A DNA stretch of 64,000 nt, taken from Octopus bimaculoides. Its lineage: Eukaryota. A model generated the notes under the pieces. The model saw nothing but the letters and a program-made list of their open reading frames with translations, did no database searches and was not told the origin of the DNA. Below, piece by piece: positions 12,840 to 24,663 of this stretch. The stretch covers positions 14,578,611 through 14,642,610 of the forward strand of contig NC_068998.1 in assembly GCF_001194135.2 (NCBI RefSeq), in the 5' to 3' direction. Position numbers and translations under genes: made by a program. Every line of letters starts with the position of its first letter. Position 1 is the stretch's first letter.

Positions 12840-13730
12840 CACTGGGTGCAGAGAACATAAACTACAAGAGATTAGTTTCGGAAACGTCGCTTTGTAGATT
12901 CTCTGGGACGTCTACATCTTCCGACGGCATATGTTAGTAACAAATCTACACAAACATAGAAACTAAATTGATATTCTTGGTTGCTACGATCAGTATTCCA
13001 GTTTTACGATGAAATGAATCATATACTTATTGGATTATCGTGAGAGTGAGTAATCGACATTTATGAAGCTTGGTACAGTTTATATATGACAAATCCCGCC
13101 GTTTTGAATTATCGCGAAAGTCAATACAACGATCTTCCAACGAGGTTTTGTTTACACAATTTCAGTGAGTTGAGCGATCCGTAGCTATGGTGAATGCTTA
13201 TTGTAGAAAATGACAGGCAGTGCAATTGAATAGTGCGTGGGTGTGGGGACTCAAAACTACGAAGACAATTTATTCTACCCACCATTATTATGTCAGTGCC
13301 CATACACGCGCATACACATGCATGCACTCACTCCGGTCATTAAGAAATGTGGAGCTAAGACGAGTGATTGTTAAATATAACAAATTCAACTAAAAGTGTT
13401 GAATACTACAGTCTGCTCAATTATAACTGGTTTAGTCAGCTAAAAAAAAAACAAAAAAACAAGATGTTAATGAAGGAACTTCTACGTAACCGTACAACCC
13501 GTTAAAAATAATAGGTGATTCTGCCCTAAAATCACACCCTACCGTCTTAAATAGAAAAAAAGGCCAATTTAGATGGCGACGTCGTAGACAAGAATATAAG
13601 CACTGGCCAATCACATATAGAATCCTATTGATTATTGGTCTGTTTCAATAATCTTAATCTTCGGCTAAAGAACAATCGCAATAACATTCATAGCAAATGT
13701 CTCCGTTGTCACTTGACGTAGTAAAAGCTG

Positions 13731-13908
13731 TTTGAAAGTTTTGGCACAGCGCCAGCAATTTCAGGATCGGGAATAAATCTATTACATCGATTGTAGTGTT
13801 TAACTGGTACTTATATTATATACCTTTAAAGAATGAAAGGCCAAGTCTAAATAGGCAGAATTCGAACTCAGTACTTAAAGTTCGAAGTAGCTAACGACGC
13901 TGCCAGCT
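13731..13908 (-). mobile_element. SINE type A copy (degenerate)
   Basis: Reverse complement has GCTGGCAGCGTCGTTAGC head, GAGTTCGAATTC and TTTCATTC body. Confidence 0.65.
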
Positions 13909-16900
13909 TTAGACTTATTACAAATAACAACTCAGTGTTATTTAGATGACATTCTACCATTTTAATAAAAGGATGTACAGATTAGGCAAGGGAACTTTTC
14001 TCCCGTCCGACAGTACTCGATTCTTCGCACAACTGAATTGCTCAATCGCTTAACATGTAAGAAGCTGAGTATTCCACAATCACGGGTATTATTCGGATGG
14101 TTATTGTTGCGATGAGAGTCACGACGCTCCCTTGCGAGAAACAGACTGGACCAAGTGATGATAAATAGTAGCAGTCGGAGTGAAATTTGTGTGTTAGTTC
14201 GAGCTGAGTTGGCAGTGAAGTCGGAAGGTGTCGGTTGGTTAGTTCGTTGGGAATATTAATTGTTGGTTCGTGAAGAGATTGTTGGATCGTTACGTTGATA
14301 TTACGGCTGCATCATTATCATGTTTACTGTTACTATACTGGTACAGTGTATCTAAACCATCCGTCACAATATCGTGGCGGTACCACGGCATTTGGAGACG
14401 GAGTATACAGCAATTATCAAAACAGAATGTGCCTGATACCATTTTTGGCAGAGCTGGATGCTTAAATTCAAGTTACAATTTATCCAACTAAATTTCACAT
14501 ATTTTCCATTTGCCCAGTTCTTTCATATTGCATAGCTTAAGCCGCGGCTATTGTAAATGAAGCGTATGCAAGATGCAGTAAGATCGTACTTAGGATGTCA
14601 TGACTGCGAAACGAACTTTTAACTATGCTGCTTTAAGACATATATTAACGTAGTCATAAATATACTGTGTCAAGTAAAAAAAGTAAAAAATAAAAATAAA
14701 GAAAATTATAAAACGCTGGAAGACTATGATAGGAAAGGTTTTGATTCTATGAGATGAGTTAGATGTAAGCAACAACATCATCAACAACAAAACCAACAAC
14801 TACTACAATTATAATATATGAACATGTGAATTAGTAGTGGTGTAAACTGAGACTTTTGCTTTGGTTGTTGCGGTTGTAGTTGCCATGTTAGCATCAATTA
14901 CCCTAGAGTCGACCAAGTCATCCATTAGCTAACTTCAAATCATTACGGTTCCACTAATCGTTTAACGATATGATCTTTTACAAGGTCACTTTGAAGTATT
15001 TTTTTTATTATGGTTCACTTGATAATTGGAACGTCTTCGAATCATTTACAACGACACAGGCCAAGGACAGCGAACAAACTTGGATGATATTTTTTTTGCT
15101 TCATATTCTTTTTATGATAATAATTATTTTTAGTTACATATCAAAACTTCATCAAAACTTTCGAATATTAAGATTTCGAATAATAATTCAAAGCAGAAAT
15201 ATTTCTTCACTAACATTTATTTAGAACTTGTAAAACAGTTAGAGAGTATCGACATCGTTATAATTTCAAAGAACCCTCACAATTAATCTCAGATTCATAT
15301 CGTCCATTATCTCATGAACATTTCTGTGGCACAAATACTTTTTTCATGTGTAGAGGAAGGATGTTACCTCAATACCTTTACCTAGTTAGGGACAGAATTT
15401 CGTGTCTATAAATTGATGCTAAGAACCCATAATTTCTATCTCGCTCAAAGGAATGGATTTTTCTTCACCTCAAAGACATGGCTATTTTGAGTTGTTCTTG
15501 TGATGATATTTCAAAGACCTCTCTCCATTTTAAAGAGATATGGTTAAATAATTTTTTCTTTCATGTCTTCTCTGTTTCGTTGTCAAACAGAAAGAAACCG
15601 TCCTTTTTTTACGAGTCCCTTCTATATTGACTCTTCTAATGAAGTTTATATTCAAATATTCCATATAGTTTAATATACTAGCACTCGTGCTAGACATTGG
15701 AAATATTTTCGTTTAGCCAAAAGGAATAATGTCTTAGTGTTGTTGCTATTGATGCCGACATTTCGACTCGTGGTCGGCAAGTTGGTGTTTTATAAGAATT
15801 CGAATCTTATTGCTTACTTTTAGTACATGTTTAGAATTAAAGATATAAGACACAATTTAAAAAAGATTCCCAACAATTCAACTTATCTGGTTGACTTTAA
15901 GACCCCCACCCCTTAAGAGGGGCCTTAATTCCCACATTTTAGAGCGCCATGTGCTCCATTTTTCAGGAGTAATAAACCTTTCAATTGGTTTTATAAGATT
16001 TGGATTTTGGAATCCAAATATGAGTAGTATGGCATAAATATGTCATAATTAGAAATTTTGTTAGAGTGTAAACAGTGAAATAACCGCCATTAAAATTATT
16101 ATCTCCAATTCTGATGAAATTCGCTTCATAGGTATTCCAGTTCATTAGAGAAAATATAAAAGAAAAGTCTAATTCTTCAACTCTATGTGACACGGGCAAC
16201 GCCGAGTATCTCAGCTAAGATACATATATGTATANNNNNNNNNNNNNNNNNNNNNNNNNNNNNNNNNNNNNNNNNNNNNNNNNNNNNNNNNNNNNNNATA
16301 TATATAGTGCCTTTAACGCTTGGTATATTGCTAGTTACAAACTAATGCTTTAAGCGATAGTATTAAAAGCAGTTTTGATAATCCGATCTTCATAATTCAT
16401 GTGTCATGAGTTTCAGAAAGGATTTTTGTCAAACGGTAGGTAATGCAATATTTAGCGAGCAAAAGGTTGTCCAATATTCTGATATCGGAATTGGACTGAT
16501 TCTTGGAAATCAATATCTTTCGTGTACTCTGTGAATTGGTTCTTTTGTATAGCTCCGAGCCATAGACATACAGAAAAAAATCTCTATAGGCTGTATCTTT
16601 TCTTATGTCTGTAGCCTAAAGAAACATTTAACTCTATCGAGGAAAAAAGCTGCCAGAAATAAAATACATACAGAAGATCATAGCAAACCACACGGAAAAA
16701 AGGTTAAATTCTTTCCGAAGTTCAAAACACAAACTTTTCCATGTGATGCTAAACCATCATGCACTCATTTTTGTACCATTTTGTTAAAAGTATTTTTACT
16801 TTGTGCAAACATTTTCTGAAAATAACACGACACAGAGAAAGTATAGATAGAAAAACATTAAATGTTTGAAATGAACTTTCTTTACATGAAGAGAAAACTC

Positions 16901-17169
16901 TGATTAAATCAATCTATGAAGTTAATATCATATTCTGTGTTCCCAACGTACCTGGTTCACAAGACTAACTAGTTATTTCTTGAGGACATGAATAATATTG
17001 CTAGAAAAATTGAAAGCAAAAAAAAAAAGAAAATATTTCGATATCTTACAAGCAGAAGCACGGATTATAGAGTTCATATTCAGTAAAATTATATAATACT
17101 AAATTAATAATAATAACATCCAGAATTCTTTATCGGCGACAAGAATACATACAGCATGAAACCTAATTT

Positions 17170-17345
17170 TGGATACCCTCAAGGGACGTATCCATCCACA
17201 TACTTCGGCCTTCTATAGGGTCAATGGCCTGGCTATCTCAAGCTATTTGAATGGCTACGCCATGGACAGGTTGAGAAAGGACTTGATAAAAATATTCAAA
17301 GATTTCAGCCTGTTCATAACGTTTACGACCAACCTGACAACGGGC
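17170..17345 (+). mobile_element. Penelope-like reverse transcriptase fragment (decayed)
   Basis: With one frameshift it reads GL-YRVNGLAISSYLNGYAMDRLRKDLIKIFKDFSLFITFTTNL. This is a decayed GLYRDDGL..R..K.I.KIF...GL.IT PLE RT motif, with the catalytic DD lost. Confidence 0.65.
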
Positions 17346-19397
17346 GATTTGTTGCCTGAGCACAGGCATATAGTGTAAGTGGTGTAAGCCAAGAAAATCT
17401 GGCAAGTATTCGCTAGAGTAATCTTGAAATTCATAAGAGCTAAAATTGCTTCACCATACTCAAGACAAGTTCCCATATTCAAGACTAGAAAATGCGTTAG
17501 CATCGAAACGTTGCTAAAACTCGGTAATTTTTGCAATAGAAGAATAAGTTTATCACATTTGAAGCGTTTTTGTTGCTACAAATATGTTATTTTAGATTGT
17601 ATCGAAAACGAACACTCCGACTTCTCGTAAAGAACCACTCACCAAAGCACTTAGCCACTAACGCACAGATACGCAGCCTCTTCACTCAAACTTTCATACT
17701 CGTCAGATTTAGAAGTGAAATTCCAGATCTATGTAAACCTGAGATTAAGGAAATATTTGCATCGATCTAAGAAGTTAATCTCAGCTCTAAAAAAGACTAC
17801 CATAATTCATGAATTGAAGAAATATCCCATAGTGGATTGACTTTATATTACTCTAGTTTTTTTATTCATCTGCTCAAGTTACAGATTTTACTATTTTTAT
17901 CACTTAGCCAGAGGAGGAAAGAAAAATCCATACTATTTTAGGGTCTCCAAATTTGGCATGAGGAATGCAAGAAAGTGCCTTCAAACAAGAGATTTGTTAC
18001 AAAACGGAAGAATTCTCTAGAACCATTCCTGTTCTAGTTAGAAGGGTGTTTCATCAAGCGACGGATTAGATGTGGTCAGGCATGAGTGCAACGGACTTTA
18101 GTAAGTCGGAAAATTCCCAAAGTACACCGTGTGATGGCATGTCATCACTTCTACGACTCCATTAACATTTAAAGGCTCAATGCGAAAGAAAAGACAAAGG
18201 TCAGAAGGGTCCTCAGTGTGTCGTTTTACGTAATTGTAAAAAAAATCGCATCTTCTTACTAGAGTTAGCGTGTTACCTATTACCTTACCTGAACCTTCTC
18301 ACCGTATTGCCATTTATATTGTATCTCACATCTACCCCATCGCCCCACAGACAACTAACCACTTTGTAAACTTCTATCTTCGCCAAATGGATTCCTTCTT
18401 TGATTCACCTCTCTATAATAATGTGGTAGTCGTCGACGTAGGTATCTGATCAACAGCCAAAGGTCACAGAAAACGTCTGAAAATAAAGCAATATACAACA
18501 TCTTCCAACAAAACTAAAAGTATCGTTAAGCAAATTCGATTCTCTTTTCTTAATTGGGTAAAATAGAACAAACACAGGGTTTAGAAAAATATGTGAACAT
18601 ACAACTCAATCAGTTAAACTACAGAAATTAGATAACATCGACATAGGTGGCTTCTAAACCCTGTGTCCCAAGAGATAGAGCTGAAGAACGTGAGAAAATG
18701 GAAGAAAACATGTTTCAAGATAATGTTGAGTTTTTAAATCATATTTTTTGTCCAATTGTTTTTTTGTTTTTTTTAGCAATTTTGCTTTAATACAATTCTT
18801 TGTTATTTTCTTCATTTATTCTTTCATTCTCTCCGTCTTTCTTTATTTCTGTGTTTGAAATTGTTTCCAATCTCCTGCCAATTTTGCAGTATTCTCTGCA
18901 ATGTTTTTCTATGCGCCGCTTCATTTTTTTTCTTATTTCTTTTCTCTGCACTAGATTGACTGACTATTTCCTCTCCTTTTTTTATAGCTTAGATGTTTTT
19001 TTTTTCAATTCAAATCTGTGGGTGAGACGATTATAATTTTCTTGCATCAGTACGATATTTCATGAAGCGGAAATAGATGACAGATATGAATTGACGTCTT
19101 GAAATATTTTCCAAATGCAAGTGTGTGCTGTGACGTTCATACATTAATCAAGAGTATTAGAGGCGTGACTGAAAAAGAAATGGCTTTCGAAAAATAGATC
19201 TAAAATGTGCAATGTCAACTTCCCTCCGAATTTAACCGTATCTCACATGGTACTTGACAGAGCTTGAACAATTTCGGGGCAATTCATAGTAAGAATATTT
19301 ACAGCGTGATGTATTATTTGAAGTATTAATGTTAGTAGTACACTGCTTTTCTTTTCTCTGGACTCAATGTGATGAAATGCAAATCAGTACTCTTCAA

Positions 19398-19575
19398 AAC
19401 TCAGTTCTATATTTATGAGATAAGGAATTATTTACATTATTTACATTTGACGGATATTTGTCCTCATCTTGTTTGTTGTTAACACAACGTTTCAACTGAT
19501 ATGCCCTCCAACCTTCATCAGGTGTCTTGGAGAAATTTCGAAACTAGGTTCTCATTCTTAAGGTTTTTTTCGATG
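19398..19575 (-). mobile_element. Short PLE-type (pLTR-like) repeat carrying a hammerhead motif
   Basis: Collinear with the arms at 10438-10645 but continues through CCTTCATCAGGTGTC. Confidence 0.75.
19481..19526 (-). ncRNA. Minimal type I hammerhead ribozyme motif
   Basis: Minus strand reads GACAC-CTGATGA-A-GGTTG-GAGGGCATAT-CAGTT-GAAA-C-GTT^GTGTT. It has intact CUGAUGA and GAAA cores, stem I GACAC/GUGUU, a wobble-rich stem II, a palindromic ACGU stem III and a GUU triplet. Confidence 0.7.
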
Positions 19576-20038
19576 TTGTTGTTGTTATTATTATTATTAT
19601 CATCATCATCATCATTATTATTANNNNNNNNNNGACACATATCTATATACATATATATACACACATATACCATTATCTATATGTGTGTGTGTGTGTGTTT
19701 GTCTACCATCGTAATTTGAGAACCGGTATCGGTGTGTTTACGTCCTCGTAACTTAGAGGTTTAAGAAAAGGGGTCAATAGTGTATTCGAACTCGTAATAA
19801 AGACATTCACTGTGTTTTGTTATGGAGAAAATTTCATGTTGTAGAAAATTGTGTCATTATTTCTAAAATCAGCTCGCAGTGCCACCTACCCAGACTGTGA
19901 GATTCAGCCGTTTTGTTAACGTTGGGCGGACGATCATACATTCCCATCCTGAATTTCTGGGCCAGGAGCCGCGTTATGTCATTTCCCTTGCTATAGTTTG
20001 CTAAACGGAAAAGGAGTGTCGGCCAAGCGTTAGCACAG

Positions 20039-20084
<46 letters not shown>

Positions 20085-20333
20085 CTTCATCTTTCTCACT
20101 TTTTCCTCCATCTCTCTCTCTCTCTCTTTCTAGATTTGTCACTTAGTCCAAAAGTGTGCTAGAGGGATTCTTAATAGCCATTAATAGCCGATGAGAATGC
20201 ACCATAGCTCTTAGCTCCGGCATTTGAAACTCTGAGTACTATTATGACAACTTATTGATTGTCCTAAACTATACATATATAAATATCCTCTATTTACCTA
20301 ATATCGAAATCTCATTCTTTTGTTATCACTTTT

Positions 20334-20350
20334 TATTATTATTATTATTA

Positions 20351-20394
<44 letters not shown>
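20334..20394. repeat. (ATT)n run at the 3' end of the RLE LINE
   Basis: Directly visible; abuts the LINE 3' terminus. Confidence 0.95.
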
Positions 20395-21523
20395 GAGTGA
20401 GAGAGCAGCGCATGCCATTCAAATGACACTAGGGTGCAAATATACGAAGCCCAATATACCCATCATGACTACCTGTCTGATAAGGGTACACCAGGCACAT
20501 GCATCACAACGAAACGTGCCTGACATAGTGGTCTCATATCAAGATAAACAACGCACGACCTTACTGGTGGGGCCCAGTTAAAATTTTCTTCAGGTCGAGT
20601 AACTCAAAAAATCCCTAAATAAGGGTTGGTTAAGGATGATGAACAAAACACCCATTTTTTCCAGAGTTGAATTATTCAAACCCAAAGAATTCCTCTCAAC
20701 ACATGGCTATGATGTTGACTGAAATATTGTGGAGGGAGAAACGTCATGGGCAGTAATGAAATATCTTCAGCACAATCTTTTAGATTTCTCTGAGATATGG
20801 TTATCCTGGGATCTTATCTAGGTGTTTCTGACATCCCTTATTCTATCAAACTTAGGACACCTACTATAACAGGAACAATTCTCACTTTAAGGTTGTCACT
20901 TTAAAGTGCCACATCTTTTGTATTTCAATTTCCAGGTCCTTATATTTACTTAATTTATCAAATTCCTTTACAGATATATTTTTATCAGTGGAAATGCTAA
21001 CATCTATTAGTCTACACATGTTTTCTTTCCTGTCTTTTATAATTATGTCCGGATGATTAGCCTGGATCGTTCTGTCATTGTTGACTGGAACTTCCCAGAG
21101 GATAGTGATACTTTTACCTTCAACGACTAGCTCGGGGTGATATTTATATCGCTTTCGTGTTTGCACACACACCGCAGCGTCCAGTTCTCTGCACTGGATA
21201 AGTACCTGTTCATTGCCATTGTGGAGATATAGCACAGTTCTAACTGCACCATTCCTCTTCCTCTATTACTTCTAGGTAGGTACAGACGATCAACGACTGC
21301 TTTTGGGTGGTACATGTACTTAGATGTTAGCAGTTTTCTTGTTTTCCTGGCCAGGCGTTGGAGTCCTGTAAGATTTTACTTAATGATGTTAAAACTATAT
21401 TGAGCTATTGAAGGTGCCATGATCTTAATGGCTTCGATGCGATTTTTCGAGGTGGGTTCAGTTTTTGGAATGAGTCCTACTCTCGTTTCTTATTTTTTCC
21501 TTCGTAGTAGCATTATGAACCTG
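20395..21523 (-). mobile_element. R4/Dong-like non-LTR retrotransposon, copy B (RT thumb, RLE endonuclease, 3' UTR; internally deleted)
   Basis: Minus strand gives KEKIRNE..KNRIEAI..RKTRKLLTSKYMYHPKAVVDRLYLPRSNRGRGMVQLE, then ILWEVPVNNDRTIQANHPDIIIKDRKENMCRLIDVSISTDKNISVKEFDKLSKYKDLEIEIQKMW (PD..D..K RLE) and IVPVIVGVL. About 350 bp of 3' UTR follows, ending in (AAT)n. Confidence 0.85.
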
Positions 21524-22249
21524 GTGGTATCATATCATTGTGAAGGCATGATTTTTGTCTCAAGTCTTTCAATATAACGTCTGGCCTATTCAGATCTATC
21601 TTTCAGTCAGCTCTGGAGGTGGTTTGTGTTCCCACCAGTTTTTTATCATGTGGCAGGTCCAGGGTTTTGCAAATTACTCAACGAATATATTGTGCTGCTC
21701 TATCATGCCTGTTGAGATACTCTGTAGGCGCAGGAAGACTGCCCATGGAGAAAACATGATCAATGGTTACAACAGGATCAATAGCAGTTCCTTGTAGGTA
21801 GGCATTGATCTTCGGTTGCTATGATAAACCCTTCTGTTTCTGATTTTAAGCTATAAGACATTAACCATTGATGGGTAAGGGCTTTGTCAACATCGGCGTT
21901 AATAGACATTTTGTAATCGTACTGTACACCGTTGAGCAATTTCGAGAGAGGTATTAACGCTAGACAAAATACTCTTTGGGTATTTGCCATTGAGAGGTTT
22001 TTCTTGTTATTTATCTGTAAGAATGTGTAAGGCAACAGTTTTAGCACGGGTTAATATACGCTTAGCTTTGTCTGTGCTTGTTTCCAGTCAGTACGTCTAA
22101 TTCTGGAATTTGTTGCATTCGGAATTCACTTCTTTTGCTTGTTTTGTTACTGAGTATGATGCTCTATTGTTTTCATGCTTTGACACAAGTTTTAACATCC
22201 AGTCCTCAGAGTTTGTCAGGTAGGTGTTTAGACCAATTGTGGCAATCTT
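21524..22249 (-). mobile_element. R4/Dong-like non-LTR retrotransposon, copy A (post-RT region to RLE start)
   Basis: KIATIGLNTYLTNSEDWMLKLVSKHE; *QEKPLNGKYPK; HQWLMSYSLKSETEGFIIATEDQCLPTRNC; TIDHVFS; YLNRHDRAAQYI; WWEHKP; NRPDVILKD. All are characteristic R4-clade C-terminal motifs. Confidence 0.85.
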
Positions 22250-22250
22250 C

Positions 22251-22314
22251 ATTGTTGTTGCTGTTGTTGTTGTTGTTATTATTATTATTATTATTATTAT
22301 TTTTATTAATAATG

Positions 22315-22379
<65 letters not shown>

Positions 22380-22405
22380 GATGATGATGATGATGATGAT
22401 GATTA
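22251..22405. repeat. Compound (GTT)/(ATT)/(AAT)/(GAT)n microsatellite
   Basis: Directly visible; abuts the 5' end of LINE copy A. Confidence 0.95.
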
Positions 22406-22754
22406 TTATAATTATATCAATGATATTTTACATATAATTATCATCAGCGGCTATAATTACTCTTATTGTTACTGTTTAGGATAGCTAGTTATTTTCTTAT
22501 CGAAGAGGTTGAACTTGTGATGCTTTTTAAGTTATTATTCGTTTTATTTGTATGGAAAGTTTTACATTCATATTTTTTCTCAATTAGAAAAAAAAAATGA
22601 AAAGAAGAACGAGAAAAGTTTTCGTTGCTTTTAGCAACTTGTAATCTAACATGGAAGGAGTGAAACGGAATTTTAATGCAAGCAAGAAATAATTGGATAT
22701 TTCATTGAAATAGCTCATGTACTTAGCGTTCTAGATGCATGCATACATATACTC

Positions 22755-22990
<236 letters not shown>

Positions 22991-23814
22991 ATATGCGGAT
23001 AATATTTATACACAAAAGTTAGCTCCAGTATTTGGTAATACGTGAACATGAGCAAAGAAATATCTTGAAAGTTGTTTGGAAACCAATCCTTATTGTATTG
23101 CAGTGGAAAGAGATATTGATTTTTGTCTCAAAAATGTATAGTAGATAGAACGAACGCCTGTAAACATTAGTGTCTCCTCTAAGAAACCCGGATGAGTGGA
23201 AAAATCGACACTGGTTTAAATAAACAACTTTTCGTTTCACTAACACGTGCTCCTCTTAAAATAAATGCAGGACCCTTCCTGGTAAACAAGAAAGGTTCTC
23301 ATATTCTGAGATATGGGGAAATGAGTCTGGTGAAAGTAACTCACTCACATCCCAACAAACGAAGGAAGATGGGGCCTTTCAGATCCTTAACTGCTCATTT
23401 GACAGAAGAAATCCTGCATTTTCATATGTACTGTGCTCGTGCCGCTTGTTGCGCCATACCAATACAGGTTAGAAGGACAAGAAAAGGCGACTGGCTCTAA
23501 ACAGACCATGTTCACTATCATAATTTTCATTGTGCAAGATGTACATGAAACCGAAATGCACGTAGTAACACCATCACACCCAAAGAACACTATACAACGT
23601 TATCTTCCTGATCACATATCCTTCGAAATGATAAGAAAGTAAACACTGTCGAGGAAATGGAAGTCTTTTTTTAGATTTATGTCTTTCTTATTGGCGTAGA
23701 GAAGTAAAACACGTTCGTGCAAACATTAGAACGTGACTATAGATTCTGCCATACTGGAGAGTTCCTTTAATTTACAATTTCTTAGTGTTTTATCTAGAAG
23801 ATTAAAGCGGATTG

Positions 23815-24230
23815 CAGCCAGAATCATTAACAGACCTGAGAAAATGGTTAGTGGCATTTCGACCGTTCTTATGTGCAGGGTGCAAAATCCAGAGCGGTCG
23901 ACATTGCCTTTCATTATTTCAGGGTCGATAAGGCGGCGAGCTGGCAGAATCGCTAATCGCCCTCCGCTACGTTCTGAGTTCAAATTCCGCCGAGGTTGAT
24001 TTTGCCTTTCATCCTTTCGGGGTCGATTAAATGAGTACTAGTTAAATACTGGGGTCGATGTAATTCACTAATCCTCTCCCACAAATTTCAGGTTTGTGCT
24101 TACAGCAGAATGGATTATTTCAGGGTCGATGATATAAAAAGAAACTGTTTGAATATGGGGGTTGATGTAATGGAATAGAACCTTGCCCCAAAATGTCAGG
24201 ATTTGTGCCTATCGTAGAAAGGATGATCGA
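23815..24230 (+). mobile_element. Older SINE type A copy interrupted by a younger copy
   Basis: Head/body at 23815-23929; the body resumes at 24114-24230 after the duplicated ATTATTTCAGGGTCGAT. Confidence 0.75.
23930..24113 (+). mobile_element. SINE type A, younger nested copy with 17-bp TSD
   Basis: AAGGCGGCGAGCTGGCAGAATCG...GTTCTGAGTTCAAATTCCGCCGAGG...; flanked by identical 17-mers at 23913-23929 and 24114-24130. Confidence 0.9.
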
Positions 24231-24616
24231 GAAGACAAATTAGTAGGGTCATTAGAAGGGATAGTGTGCTTTGCGATATTTGTGTTCGGCATGTAGGTAT
24301 TTCTACGGAAGATTACCATCGAAAAGCTCCTTGACTACTTGTGCTACTTTTGTGTTATGGGCATAGCTAGTAAGTGTAGCTATCTGTGTAATTAATAGCA
24401 TGCCCGAAAGAACTACCATAAACAGCAACAGTCCGAAAACAGAGACCTGAAGCACTCCACACGCTGTTCCTGTCTCCTTTCAGATTGCCTCACTGGCAGT
24501 CAGAGCCTGGCTTCTGTCTTTACAGAAGATATGCAGCCCAGTACATCACCTTTCCAACAGCACTGTGTCCCTGGAGCTTGTAACCTATCAAATACAAACA
24601 AATACACGCACACACG

Positions 24617-24663
<47 letters not shown>

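Noticed and set aside
23271-23466. Possible plus-strand exon
   Set aside because: Weak acceptor and no recognisable protein motif in either open frame.
24484-24590. Strong pyrimidine-rich acceptor followed by GC-richer sequence
   Set aside because: No good donor and no recognisable translation; cannot be supported.
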